Shown one piece after another: positions 47,614 to 57,629 of a DNA stretch of 64,000 bases. Source of the DNA: a virus (Duplodnaviria > Caudoviricetes); IMG/VR virus record IMGVR_UViG_3300031555_002371, positions 64,001-128,000 of that record; one strand, given 5' to 3'. The translations under genes and the position numbers were made by a program. Each line of letters begins with the position of its first letter. The stretch's first letter is position 1. The notes beneath the pieces are model-generated. The model was not told the DNA's origin, searched no databases, and saw nothing but the letters and a program-made list of their open reading frames with translations.

Positions 47614-48240
47614 ATGCAAAAGAAAAGAATTATAAGAATGATAAACAAGAATTCCAATAAGATAGCCATTGCGCTACTCTTGACAGTGATTGCGATTATC
47701 ACTTGCACAATTATTGTGTTTGCAACGAACATGGAAAGCAATGCTATAGATGATATAGAGAATTACACATCTGCGGAATCCCTCGCGGATTCCGTGAGTG
47801 GAGCAGTGGAATCTCTTGTTTCAAGCGAAGAACCCAAAACATCAATCGAATCGAATGATGTGCCGATGTCGGAAACGCCCATCACAGAGCCTCAAGAAAT
47901 GTTTGTAAGCATCGGAGAATTTAAGTTGACTGCATATTGTCCTTGCACTAAATGTTGCGGAAAATGGGGAGAAAATCGCCCCACAGATGCCAACGGAAAT
48001 ATGATTGTTGTAACAGCATCCGGAAGATATGCAAAGGAAAATTGGACGGTTGCAGCGGATACAAATATACTTCCTTTTGGAACAGGAATTTACATAAACG
48101 GATATGAATACGAAGTACAGGACAGAGGCGAAGCGGTCAAGGGTAATAAGATTGATATTTACTTTGATGACCACCAGGAAGCATTGAATTTTGGCGTACA
48201 GTATGCAGAAGTTATGATTAAAGTTGTTGAGGTAGAATGA
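47614..48240 (+). CDS. Membrane-anchored 3D-domain protein (peptidoglycan-related)
   Basis: N-terminal TM; TAYC, TASG, VAAD..LPFGT, VQDRG, IDIYF. Confidence 0.85.
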   Translation: MQKKRIIRMINKNSNKIAIALLLTVIAIITCTIIVFATNMESNAIDDIENYTSAESLADSVSGAVESLVSSEEPKTSIESNDVPMSETPITEPQEMFVSIGEFKLTAYCPCTKCCGKWGENRPTDANGNMIVVTASGRYAKENWTVAADTNILPFGTGIYINGYEYEVQDRGEAVKGNKIDIYFDDHQEALNFGVQYAEVMIKVVEVE

Positions 48241-48244
48241 GAAA

Positions 48245-49432
48245 ATGAGATTCAGTATTGAAGCGAGTGAATTAAAGAATATAATCAATCGAGTATCGGC
48301 GGTAACGGTCAAGAAGCCATTTCTATCATTTATGTCCGCTCTTGAATTTTCTGTAAAACCAAACGGAATCCTTCACGTTGTTGCAACGGATTTGGAGCAA
48401 TTCGCATCGGTTAGCGCATCAACGACGGATTATGAGACCGGCACGATATATGCCTATGTGGAAAGTATCACAAAGGCAATTGCGAACATGAGCGGAATGA
48501 TTTCCGTCGAGTTGGCAAGCGAAGATATTATCTCTATCAGAACGCCAAAGAAGAAAACGGAAATTAAAGCGTTGGATTGCAAGAATATATACCCGAAATT
48601 TTCGTCGCTGGATATGCCACTCGCATTTAGCGCAAATGAGGGGGATTTAATAAACACCTTTATTGCGCTTAAACCTATGTTGGCTTCGCTTGATACAAAC
48701 ACACCTATCTTTTCTGGTTTTAATGTGGATGCAATGCATAGTAGATGTATTTCGTGCGACACATATAGATACGGAATTAAAAAGCTCGGATGGAAATTCC
48801 ATAACCAAGAATTGAATATCACGATTCCTGGAAAGATTGCGGACAGTTTGAAGAAGATTGGAAATGCAAAGGGAAAAGATGATATCTCTGTTTTTGTCGG
48901 AAAACCGAATAAGGAAAAAGAAAACACACAAATCGCATTCATCGGAAAAGATTATGTATATGCGGTAAAGTTGCTTGCAGGACAGTATGTTGATATCGAT
49001 AGGGTTACACCTTCTCTTGTTGATTACGAACTTTCCGTTGATACAAAGGAATTTGCGGCAGTTGCAAAAGAGTATATAAGCATAACTGATGCAAAACAAG
49101 ATGCGCTCATGTATTTCATGTGTGAGAATAATAGAGTATCCGCAGCAACCATTACTTCCAAGTTTAGAACGACAGACATATTGGAAAATTCCGTTGTAAA
49201 TAAACTTTATAACCCTTTCATTTCATGTTTTGATGCAAAGTTTATTCGTGAGGCAATGGAGCTTTTCAATGGAGAAGTGGTCAATGCACATGGCGCACAG
49301 AAAACTGCCACAAATGGATACAATTTGCATGGTATCATTTTTGAGAACGATAATTATACTGCATATGTTCTTCCCATTGGCGGACATAGAAAGCCGATAG
49401 ATGAAATCCGAGAGTTTATGACAGAATCTTGA
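48245..49432 (+). CDS. dnaN: DNA polymerase III beta-clamp-like protein
   Basis: 395 aa; ATDLE, SCDTYR, GQYVDIDRV, FDAKFIREA, YVLPI. Confidence 0.75.
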   Translation: MRFSIEASELKNIINRVSAVTVKKPFLSFMSALEFSVKPNGILHVVATDLEQFASVSASTTDYETGTIYAYVESITKAIANMSGMISVELASEDIISIRTPKKKTEIKALDCKNIYPKFSSLDMPLAFSANEGDLINTFIALKPMLASLDTNTPIFSGFNVDAMHSRCISCDTYRYGIKKLGWKFHNQELNITIPGKIADSLKKIGNAKGKDDISVFVGKPNKEKENTQIAFIGKDYVYAVKLLAGQYVDIDRVTPSLVDYELSVDTKEFAAVAKEYISITDAKQDALMYFMCENNRVSAATITSKFRTTDILENSVVNKLYNPFISCFDAKFIREAMELFNGEVVNAHGAQKTATNGYNLHGIIFENDNYTAYVLPIGGHRKPIDEIREFMTES

Positions 49433-49476
49433 CAAATTACATAGGCTATGCTATAATATATGTAAGTGAGTTACAA
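49429..49476 (+). promoter_or_regulatory. sigmaA promoter with GTAA-N5-TTAC box
   Basis: TTGACA-17-TATAAT; TGTAAGTGAGTTACAA. Confidence 0.8.
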
Positions 49477-49508
49477 CGATTATGGCACAGCCAATTGGAG
49501 GATATAAA

Positions 49509-49817
49509 TTGAATAACAAATTAAACGCTAACATTGTTCTTGAACTTCAAGAGAAATGGGAGCATACAGATAAAAACACAATCATGGATAATTTGGAACG
49601 TTTCTTGATTGCGAAGTATCCGGAGTGTCGGGTGTTTGATACCAAGTTAGAGAAACTTATGGATATATCAGGAGCAAAGAAGCATACAGTTTATGCATGG
49701 GTAAATAGAAGTAGAGAGAATGTCAAAGTACCGTTCTTGAAACTTTGCGAAATTGCAAAAGCACTCGATGTAGATGTGGATATCTTATTGAGTCATGCGG
49801 AGAAAGTAGGAGAGTAA
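49509..49817 (+). CDS. XRE-family HTH regulator
   Basis: KLMDISGAKKHTVYAW..PFLKLCEIAKALDV. Confidence 0.75.
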   Translation: MNNKLNANIVLELQEKWEHTDKNTIMDNLERFLIAKYPECRVFDTKLEKLMDISGAKKHTVYAWVNRSRENVKVPFLKLCEIAKALDVDVDILLSHAEKVGE

Positions 49818-49826
49818 TTTATAATT

Positions 49827-50078
49827 ATGTTTGCAAATGACGAAACAATGAGAGGGAAAATCAGAAACGATATTATCGCTAATGCCGATGATACACAGGT
49901 CTCTGTTGTAGATAAAAGATTCTTTGGGGCAATAACCGTTATCGGAGAAAACCACAAGGAAGCTGCGGAATATCTCAAAGAGCATTTAACCGAGTGTAAG
50001 ACGAGAGGCGCAGAGATTAAATTGCATTTTGAAGTAGAGGAAAAATTCAAGGTGGCATTAGATGTGGGCAAGAATTAA
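49827..50078 (+). CDS. Hypothetical protein
   Basis: RBS AGGAG. Confidence 0.6.
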   Translation: MFANDETMRGKIRNDIIANADDTQVSVVDKRFFGAITVIGENHKEAAEYLKEHLTECKTRGAEIKLHFEVEEKFKVALDVGKN

Positions 50079-50244
50079 AGCGTTTATATGTAGACCGTTC
50101 TGCCAACATGATTATGAAAAAATTGCATGGCGAGAAGAATATGATAGAGTGCGAGAAGTGCGCTATTCTGTTCGTAGATATAAATGTACCAAGTGCAATA
50201 AAAAGATATGGGTAGATGGAAGATGCGACCCATATAGTAAATAA
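50062..50244 (+). CDS. Small Zn-binding protein
   Basis: FCQHDY..YKCTKC. Confidence 0.55.
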   Translation: MWARIKAFICRPFCQHDYEKIAWREEYDRVREVRYSVRRYKCTKCNKKIWVDGRCDPYSK

Positions 50245-50292
50245 AAGACGGATTTTATCATCAAAAGATGGCATAAATAGAGGTAAAACAAT

Positions 50293-50526
50293 ATGAATAA
50301 TAATACCAGAACCAGAATCAAAACAGTCATAACCGCCGAGAGCCAAACATTAAAAAATATAGTTGATGAATTAAACATTCGACATCCCGGTAAATCTAAA
50401 ACAGCACAAAACCTATCAAACAAATTTTCCAGAAAAACCATTCGATTTGATGAGGTTGCGGAAATTATGGATATATTGGGTTATGATATTGTTTTGCGCA
50501 ATCGGAAAACAGGAAAAGAATTTTGA
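50293..50526 (+). CDS. HTH DNA-binding protein
   Basis: TAQNLSNKFSRKTIRFDEVAEIMDILGYDI. Confidence 0.7.
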   Translation: MNNNTRTRIKTVITAESQTLKNIVDELNIRHPGKSKTAQNLSNKFSRKTIRFDEVAEIMDILGYDIVLRNRKTGKEF

Positions 50527-50546
50527 TTTTGAAAGAGCTTTGTAAT

Positions 50547-50801
50547 ATGAATTATAAAAAATTTCAAGGCAAAAACATTGCAGAGGTTGCCAAGTATCGA
50601 GAGGATTTAAGTAGTTATTGTAATAATTATTATGAGGATGAAGAAGGTAATATTATTTTTGCAAATTCCGATGATGATAATTACACGGACTATTGTTTGG
50701 TAACTTTCGATGGAAGATTAAAACATTTTCACAAAACATTTGCAGAGAGCTGGACGAGTAGTGGGAATGTTATGGAAGTATTTACAGAGTTTTTAAATTA
50801 G
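50547..50801 (+). CDS. Hypothetical protein
   Basis: In operon. Confidence 0.55.
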   Translation: MNYKKFQGKNIAEVAKYREDLSSYCNNYYEDEEGNIIFANSDDDNYTDYCLVTFDGRLKHFHKTFAESWTSSGNVMEVFTEFLN

Positions 50802-50815
50802 AAAGGCGATAGTGT

Positions 50816-51325
50816 ATGAAATTTAAAGATATACCCAGGTTTACACGTGCCGGTTCTTATCAAGTAAATATGCCTCTTAATTATTTTGTAAAATGGGTTA
50901 GAGAAAACCAAGAGGAATGTGGACTTGAAATGAATCCTGATTTTCAGAGAGGTCATGTTTGGACGGAAAAACAGCAAATAGCATATATTGAATTTCTTCT
51001 CCGAGGCGGAAAGTCTGGAAAGGTTGTTTACTTCAATTGCCCTCTTTGGAGTTTAGGCAGCCGAGATTGTGATTTTGTATGTGTTGATGGTTTGCAAAGA
51101 ACAACGGCGATAATGAGATTCATTGACAATGAGATTCCTGCATTCGGTGTTTATTATAAAGACTTTGAAGATAATTTGCCGATGGAAATTGATATTATCG
51201 TTAATATCAACGAACTTAAAACCAGAAAAGAGGTTTTAAAGTGGTACATTGAAATGAATGAGGGTGGCACACCGCACACCGAGGAAGAAATTGAAAGAGT
51301 AAAAAGACTGTTGGAGAGCGAGTAA
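50816..51325 (+). CDS. DUF262 (ParB-like/GmrS N-terminal) domain protein
   Basis: PDFQRGHVW, VDGLQR, MNEGG motifs. Confidence 0.85.
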   Translation: MKFKDIPRFTRAGSYQVNMPLNYFVKWVRENQEECGLEMNPDFQRGHVWTEKQQIAYIEFLLRGGKSGKVVYFNCPLWSLGSRDCDFVCVDGLQRTTAIMRFIDNEIPAFGVYYKDFEDNLPMEIDIIVNINELKTRKEVLKWYIEMNEGGTPHTEEEIERVKRLLESE

Positions 51326-51765
51326 TGGGATATAGACGATTATTCATCATGCGTAAGGATTTGAATATGTCTCCTGGTAAGCTCTCCGCACAGGTGGCAC
51401 ATTACGCCGAGGCATATTGGACTCATCTGATGAGAGTCAATGTAGAATTTATTGAAGGTGTCAATTGTGAAGATTGTTATTATTCAAAAGTGATTATTCC
51501 GATTGACGTTTTCAACCAATATATAAATGGTTCTTTTATAAAGACCATATGTGCAGCACGAAACAAAAACCATCTTATGAAAGCCAAAGCTATGGCGGAA
51601 GAAATTGGCTTACAAGAGGGAATAGATTTCGGATTGATATGGGATAACTGTTACACAGAACTAACGCCAGAAGAAGAAAATGGCACTACTCTAACGGGTA
51701 TTTGGTTCAAGCCGTTGCCCGATGAGATTGCGCATAGCATAAGTAAAAAATATCATTTGTATTAA
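51325..51765 (+). CDS. Peptidyl-tRNA hydrolase, Pth2 family
   Basis: MRKDLNMSPGKLSAQVAH, D.C.TEL, TLTGI. Confidence 0.8.
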   Translation: MGYRRLFIMRKDLNMSPGKLSAQVAHYAEAYWTHLMRVNVEFIEGVNCEDCYYSKVIIPIDVFNQYINGSFIKTICAARNKNHLMKAKAMAEEIGLQEGIDFGLIWDNCYTELTPEEENGTTLTGIWFKPLPDEIAHSISKKYHLY

Positions 51766-51777
51766 GGAGGTATTCCC

Positions 51778-52014
51778 ATGAGGGGGATTAAGGAAAACGG
51801 TATGCAGATATTTGCTATAATCTTCATTTCGATTATGGCTATTATTTGTATTACACAAAATAATTGGATTGGTTTCGTAATTGATATTCTTTTGATTTTG
51901 TCAAATGTGGCATTGATAATCCATAATAGATGGGAAAAGAAAATGATGGAAACGTTTTCAAATTACAAATTCAATTTTGATAATTATGAAAGAAAAAAAA
52001 TTTTTAAAAAATAA
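51778..52014 (+). CDS. Small membrane protein
   Basis: Two hydrophobic segments; RBS AGGAGG. Confidence 0.65.
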   Translation: MRGIKENGMQIFAIIFISIMAIICITQNNWIGFVIDILLILSNVALIIHNRWEKKMMETFSNYKFNFDNYERKKIFKK

Positions 52015-52035
52015 AAAATAATTCTGAAAAACTAC

Positions 52036-52086
52036 TTGACAAACGGATTTGTTTGTGCTATAATATATACAGTAAATGAGTTACAA
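52036..52086 (+). promoter_or_regulatory. sigmaA promoter with AGTAAATGAGTTACAA box
   Basis: TTGACA-17-TATAAT, box at 52071. Confidence 0.85.
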
Positions 52087-52107
52087 CAAATCAAAGGAGA
52101 TTGTATT

Positions 52108-53952
52108 ATGGTAAACGTAGTAATTAATGATGAGAAAAATGGTGTTGAGGTAAGATTTGATAGCAAGCCCGATGAAGCAGTTCTCGATGTACTCCGCAGC
52201 AATGGATTTCATTGGAGCAACAAGCAGAAGATGTGGTATGCAAAGCAAACGCCGGAGCGTATGGCGATTGTAAGCGACTTGTTTTCGGGGGATTGTAAAA
52301 ACCATCCTTGTGGCGGTTCTTCTGTTACCGTTAAAAATAAATCTGAAAAACCGCAAAATTACGACCTTTGGGAAGTGACCAGAACCGATGAAATCGGAAA
52401 TAATTTTGCGAAATATAAGATTTATGATACGAAAGAAATCGCAACCATTGTTCGCAAGCATATCAAGCCGAGATTCCCAATGTGCAAGTTCTCCGTCAAG
52501 AGCGACCACAATAGCATCGATGTTGACCTATTGGCAAGTCCTTTTGCAAAAGATAGCGACGAGCTGAAGGCAATCGTTCACTATGTTTATATGTTTGTTG
52601 AGAGTTATAATTACGACAATAGCGACTCGATGACCGATTATTTCGATGTCAACTTCTATTTTTCCAGCGAAAGAAACATTATCTCTTACTCTTACGAACA
52701 GACCGAAGCAACTGTATCGGATGCAAATATTTCAGCAGCGTTTCAGGAAAAGAAAGCGGAGTACGAAACCGCAGAGCGTGAGAGAGCAGAACGTGAATAC
52801 CAGGAACGCAAAAAGCAGATAGAGATTGATAGAGCGGAATCCGCAAAGAGAGAAGTAATCCGTAAAGAAAACCATGCGAAAATCGAAGCGAATGCTGTTG
52901 TTAAAAACCTTTCTTTCTTCGTCATGAACTGCTATGATAAAGTAGAAGAAAATGACGGCTCTTTTTCCAAGAATAGTAGATGTAATTGCAAGGTTCAAAA
53001 AGCGGTTTATCTTACCAAAGAACTTTATGATATGCTCCTAACCATGATGGTGTCCGACTTCTCCTTTTATGAGAATATGGGTGGAAGTTATACCGATGAC
53101 CAGCGTATCGTATCATTCCTTGACTTTGAAAAGATGAGCGAGGAAGAACGCAAAACTGTTGAATGGTACAATACAAGTTGCGTTGCTATCTATTGTGATG
53201 GCGAGTTAATGATGGTTGTTGACCCGCAGGGACACGGATATGCGAAATACGTTTATTATATAGATGATGAAAGTAGCATTATCGACAAATATGTAACCTA
53301 TCTTGGCGGACTCTCGGCGGAAGAACATAGAGAGAATAGGGAGCTTGCAAGAATTATTACAGATATTAGCACACAAATCATTGAAGAAAACGGATGGCAC
53401 GACACTTGGAATAACACCAACTTCAAAGAGTACAAAACCATTATCAAAGCGTGGATTTACGAACACAACTTTAAACTTTCTGTCGGTGTAGCAAGAGCTA
53501 TTCAGGACGGATATATTAAAGAAGCAGTGTATAGACTTCTGACCGAAGTTGATGGAATTCGTGAACAGTTTGACCGAGCAGGATTTGAAGAAGGTCAGAA
53601 AGTAACCATTATTCAGATTAATGATTTCGGTGGAATGAGCGTTGGTCATGTGTTGTTCAAGTCCTATATGTTCGGAGAATATGCACAGTATAGAGATGCT
53701 GTAAAGATGGTATTCAGACCCGAAAGAAAAAGAAATGATTATTATAAATGGTTCTACAACGAAGTAATCATTGTTGATGGTTGGGTTGACTTGCCGGAAA
53801 GCCTACTCTGGGAAACCAGCGTATCGAATGGCATGGTTTGCAAGAAAACAAAATTCTTGTCTTGTGATAGAAAGCAGTACGACGTTATTCTTGAATATCT
53901 CAAAGAGCAGAATGCAAATGTTTTGGTAAACACCTATAAACCACAGTTTTAA
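52108..53952 (+). CDS. Polyvalent-type protein with LPD29-like domain
   Basis: KEIATIVRKHIK.RFP.CKFSV..YNYDNSDSMTDYFDVNFY; N-terminal F..KP..L..NGFHWS..WY domain; RBS AAGGAG. Confidence 0.7.
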   Translation: MVNVVINDEKNGVEVRFDSKPDEAVLDVLRSNGFHWSNKQKMWYAKQTPERMAIVSDLFSGDCKNHPCGGSSVTVKNKSEKPQNYDLWEVTRTDEIGNNFAKYKIYDTKEIATIVRKHIKPRFPMCKFSVKSDHNSIDVDLLASPFAKDSDELKAIVHYVYMFVESYNYDNSDSMTDYFDVNFYFSSERNIISYSYEQTEATVSDANISAAFQEKKAEYETAERERAEREYQERKKQIEIDRAESAKREVIRKENHAKIEANAVVKNLSFFVMNCYDKVEENDGSFSKNSRCNCKVQKAVYLTKELYDMLLTMMVSDFSFYENMGGSYTDDQRIVSFLDFEKMSEEERKTVEWYNTSCVAIYCDGELMMVVDPQGHGYAKYVYYIDDESSIIDKYVTYLGGLSAEEHRENRELARIITDISTQIIEENGWHDTWNNTNFKEYKTIIKAWIYEHNFKLSVGVARAIQDGYIKEAVYRLLTEVDGIREQFDRAGFEEGQKVTIIQINDFGGMSVGHVLFKSYMFGEYAQYRDAVKMVFRPERKRNDYYKWFYNEVIIVDGWVDLPESLLWETSVSNGMVCKKTKFLSCDRKQYDVILEYLKEQNANVLVNTYKPQF

Positions 53953-54034
53953 ATATCACGGTACACCGTTATAATCCTTGTTCCCACATCTAAATGGTGT
54001 GGGAACAGGGGGAATTAAAGAGGAGGAAAATATT

Positions 54035-54316
54035 GTGAGTAAACACGCAAACAAAATGCCAGACATGAGAGTGTGGAGAGAAAACAGATATAGAGTTTTT
54101 AATGAGAAAATCAACCATTTTAAAGAGCATCCCAAATACGAATGGTTGCGAAAATATGCTGATGATGCAATGAGATATAACGAGGGTGCAGGATATTATA
54201 TGATAAAAGCTGCGGATTTCATCGAAAGAATTGAGAACGCAAGCATTGAATATATTGCTGATTGGCTTGACGGAAAAAATCAATTGGAATGGTCTGGAAT
54301 CAAAAAGGAGGATTGA
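54035..54316 (+). CDS. Hypothetical protein
   Basis: GTG start, RBS GGAGG. Confidence 0.65.
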   Translation: MSKHANKMPDMRVWRENRYRVFNEKINHFKEHPKYEWLRKYADDAMRYNEGAGYYMIKAADFIERIENASIEYIADWLDGKNQLEWSGIKKED

Positions 54317-54318
54317 AT

Positions 54319-54504
54319 ATGAGAGTTAGAACTATGACTATACAAGAGGGTCATATGCACAACATTGACCGCTATCCTAATTTTCACAAGAGCGGAAGCA
54401 TTTCTGGAATGAAGCAAAAAGTCTATGGGATGAATGCTTTGCTTGTAAGATGCGGAAGTTATATTTATAATGTTCCATCGGAGGTCTATTATGCTGCCCA
54501 CTAA
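54319..54504 (+). CDS. Small hypothetical protein
   Basis: RBS AGGAGG. Confidence 0.6.
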   Translation: MRVRTMTIQEGHMHNIDRYPNFHKSGSISGMKQKVYGMNALLVRCGSYIYNVPSEVYYAAH

Positions 54505-55213
54505 AATAGGTATTACGGAAGCAGGAGATGCAGGATTAGATTTTTCGTGGGTTGATAAATTGCATGATGTAAATATTATCATAACAAAACACCTTACCAT
54601 TGAAAATAAACCGCTTATAAATGCTCTCCTGGAAAACTCACATAAAATCATCTTGCATTGCACTTGCACAGGATATGGTGGAACGAAGATGGAAAAGAAT
54701 GTGCCTACGCCGTTTGAAGTTTACGATGGTGTTCGTAGTTTGATTCAAAAAGGATTCCCGGTATCTAATATCGTTTTAAGAACAGACCCGATTATTCCGA
54801 CAATTAAAGGAATACATAGGGTTGAAAAGGTGTGGGATTTGTTTTCCGATACGGAAATTAAAAGATGTCGTTATTCTGTTATTGATATGTACCCACATAC
54901 CAGAGAAAGAATTATTTCTGTGTATGGAGAATTACCATTTGAAACATTCAAAGCTCCGGCAAGAATGATGGATATGGTAAGAAGTGCGGTTGAAAAATAT
55001 GGTAGATATGAATTTGAATCATGCGCCGAAAATCTTCCGCAGCAAGTAGGGTGCGTTAGTCAAAAGGATTTTGATATTCTTGGCGTTTCATTTGAAAACA
55101 ACGTGGGCGGATTTCAGCGAAAAGGTTGCCTATGTGTGGCAGGTAAAACAGAATTATTAAATAACAAAACAAGATGTCCTTCTGGATGTTTGTATTGTTA
55201 TTGGAAAGATTGA
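54491..55213 (+). CDS. DUF1848-like radical-SAM-related protein
   Basis: LRTDPII, SCAE, C-terminal CPSGCLYCYW. Confidence 0.65.
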   Translation: MLPTKIGITEAGDAGLDFSWVDKLHDVNIIITKHLTIENKPLINALLENSHKIILHCTCTGYGGTKMEKNVPTPFEVYDGVRSLIQKGFPVSNIVLRTDPIIPTIKGIHRVEKVWDLFSDTEIKRCRYSVIDMYPHTRERIISVYGELPFETFKAPARMMDMVRSAVEKYGRYEFESCAENLPQQVGCVSQKDFDILGVSFENNVGGFQRKGCLCVAGKTELLNNKTRCPSGCLYCYWKD

Positions 55214-55263
55214 TAATATGTATGCAAGGTGAAAAATATTTATAAATAAATCTGAAAAACCTC

Positions 55264-55316
55264 TTGACAAAACTAAAAGAATGTGATATACTATAGATAC
55301 AGTAAATGAGTTACAA
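55264..55316 (+). promoter_or_regulatory. sigmaA promoter with AGTAAATGAGTTACAA box
   Basis: TTGACA-17-TATACT, box at 55301. Confidence 0.8.
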
Positions 55317-55329
55317 AAGGAGGCACACA

Positions 55330-56268
55330 ATGTCAACTAATACCGCAATTATTTCTTCTCCGTTCACGGATAAGGTATTCATCGTCGATTTGCCGGAAAC
55401 CAAACTGAAAAAGGATGGCACTCCGAAAAAGACGGTATGTAACAAGAAAAAGGGAAGAAAGTCCGAAGTATATCCGTTCTCAATTGAGGATGCAAAGAAA
55501 ATGGTGAACTACTTCAAAGAAAATGAGATGTGGCATCATTACCTTATCTTCGTTATGTCCTGCAATATGGCAAGACGAATTGGCGATACCCTCTCGTTGA
55601 CATGGGAACACATTTTCAATCCAAGAAACGGCGCAATTCGTGAGAACCTTTTGGAAATCCAAGAGGATAAGACCGACAAGCTCGCCAATCCGAGAATTAA
55701 TCCTGCTTGTGTTGCAGCAATCAAGTTGTTTATCGAAAAGACCAAATGCGAGCCAAGCAAAGATAACTACTCTGGTTATGTGTTTATGCAACTCACTGGC
55801 ACTCACAAGGGCAATGTAATGACCGCTGATGGCTACCGTAAAGCCTTGAAAAAGGCGGCTGTGGCGGTTGGAATCGAGTACAATATTGGAACTCATAGCC
55901 CACGCAAATCGTTTGGTATGTGGTCAAGAATGCTTCATCCTGGCGACTATGACAGCATGGAACTCCTTCAGACTATTTACAATCATTCCGACACCAAGAC
56001 CACGAAGCACTATATCGGCTTGACCAAGCAGAAGATTGATAAGTATTATGACGATATGGGCGCATTCTTCGATGAGTATGTAACTGGTGATAAAGAGTAT
56101 ATGAGCGTTTCGGAAACCCCAATCGTAAGTCTTGATACAAACGATTTGAGAGACATTATCCGAGCAGCATATGAGGCTGGCGGAAATAATTTCGGCAACG
56201 CTGACCCGATGGTTCATGTAGATGCCATCAATGAGATTATGAGTATGATTGAAAGTTTAGCAAAGTGA
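55330..56268 (+). CDS. Tyrosine recombinase/integrase
   Basis: ARRIGD, EDKT, THSPRK, YNHS..TKHYIG. Confidence 0.88.
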   Translation: MSTNTAIISSPFTDKVFIVDLPETKLKKDGTPKKTVCNKKKGRKSEVYPFSIEDAKKMVNYFKENEMWHHYLIFVMSCNMARRIGDTLSLTWEHIFNPRNGAIRENLLEIQEDKTDKLANPRINPACVAAIKLFIEKTKCEPSKDNYSGYVFMQLTGTHKGNVMTADGYRKALKKAAVAVGIEYNIGTHSPRKSFGMWSRMLHPGDYDSMELLQTIYNHSDTKTTKHYIGLTKQKIDKYYDDMGAFFDEYVTGDKEYMSVSETPIVSLDTNDLRDIIRAAYEAGGNNFGNADPMVHVDAINEIMSMIESLAK

Positions 56269-56277
56269 GGGCAGAGA

Positions 56278-56940
56278 ATGATTACAGCGTATTTTGTAAA
56301 AAAGATTGCGGAAGATAATCCGGATAAATATTGGTATCGTATCGACGGTGATAATGTTATCAACAAGGAAAGCAATCAGGTTGTGGGTAGTTTGGATACC
56401 CTTGTTTCCATTTTGCGCAAGAAAATGCATTGTGATTTCGATGTGATTTTCTATTGTCATGTTTCGCTTGTCACCATTTATCAATGCAAAGAGTGTGGAA
56501 CGGTTATTTTTTCAAGAGATGACGAAGAATATGACCCCAATTTACGATGTCCGACGTGTGGAGAATATAAAACACATTTTGAATATTGGACTGCTGAAGA
56601 TATTGCAAATGATGAGAATAAGAAGAATACCATTGAAACATACAAACAAATGCAGCAAGATAGAATTGAGGAGGATAAACGTTATGTGAAACGTGGAAAT
56701 AAATATGATTGGCAAATTTGGCGCGGGAGAATTAAGCTCCCAAAAAGAGCAATCATTCTTGACCTCGAATGCGACAATTTGTTTAGAACCAGGCTCAAAG
56801 GTTTACGATTGAATGTTCATTGGGCGCACAAAGACGGAATATCTTATATTTATCAAAAGCATTTTACAATTCCGCTCTCCTGGTCGGCATTAAAAATACA
56901 AATAAGAATCAGGAGAAAGCGAAAAAACACAGAAGAATAA
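56278..56940 (+). CDS. Zn-finger hypothetical protein
   Basis: CKECG..CPTCG. Confidence 0.65.
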   Translation: MITAYFVKKIAEDNPDKYWYRIDGDNVINKESNQVVGSLDTLVSILRKKMHCDFDVIFYCHVSLVTIYQCKECGTVIFSRDDEEYDPNLRCPTCGEYKTHFEYWTAEDIANDENKKNTIETYKQMQQDRIEEDKRYVKRGNKYDWQIWRGRIKLPKRAIILDLECDNLFRTRLKGLRLNVHWAHKDGISYIYQKHFTIPLSWSALKIQIRIRRKRKNTEE

Positions 56941-56977
56941 ATTTTTCGACTTTTTAACACTAAATCTGAAAAACCTC

Positions 56978-57030
56978 TTGACAAATCCGTGTGAATGTGA
57001 TATAATAGGAATACAGTAAACGAGTTACAA
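56978..57030 (+). promoter_or_regulatory. sigmaA promoter with AGTAAACGAGTTACAA box
   Basis: TTGACA-17-TATAAT, box at 57015. Confidence 0.85.
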
Positions 57031-57152
57031 CTTTTTACTGTTAACGCTATGGGCTGGGAGTATAAATAAAAGCCCAACATGATATACAAGTGAAAGCAGA
57101 ATCCAGCCGTAGCGGTTACATAAGCATTATTAGTCACAAGGAGGCGTGGATT

Positions 57153-57545
57153 ATGCAGAGTACCACATATAACATTAATATTCGCCCTAAGTGTGGCGAA
57201 ATTTGGATGTGTAACTTGAGTGTTAAAGGAGGGAGTGTACAAGGCGGATACCGCCCGGTATTTATACTATCAAACGATAAGAATAATACATATAGCACAA
57301 CTCTTAATATTATTCCTATCACTTCAAAAATGAACAAGAAACGACTACCTGTTCACGTTGAACTGTGGTTGTATCAGGAATACGGTCTTAAATCTCCAAG
57401 TACGATGCTCGTAGAACAAATAATGACTGTTCCGGTTGATTCTTTCGATAAGTGTGTTGGAAAAGTGTCAGACAATAAAGTTTTATCGGATATTAGCAAT
57501 GCCATTGCCATTCAGTTTCCGATTATGCAAATGGTTAGTGACTAA
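57153..57545 (+). CDS. MazF/PemK-family endoribonuclease (no adjacent protein antitoxin)
   Basis: GEIW..GSVQGGYRPVFILSND..NIIPITSK..LPVHV..EQIMTV. Confidence 0.88.
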   Translation: MQSTTYNINIRPKCGEIWMCNLSVKGGSVQGGYRPVFILSNDKNNTYSTTLNIIPITSKMNKKRLPVHVELWLYQEYGLKSPSTMLVEQIMTVPVDSFDKCVGKVSDNKVLSDISNAIAIQFPIMQMVSD

Positions 57546-57569
57546 TTTATAAATAATTCTGAAAAGGTC

Positions 57570-57598
57570 TTGACAAAAGAATGGGTTTGCTGTATAAT
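57570..57598 (+). promoter_or_regulatory. sigmaA promoter
   Basis: TTGACA-17-TATAAT. Confidence 0.8.
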
Positions 57599-57629
57599 AT
57601 TAACATGGGTATCGTGGAGGTAGTATATC

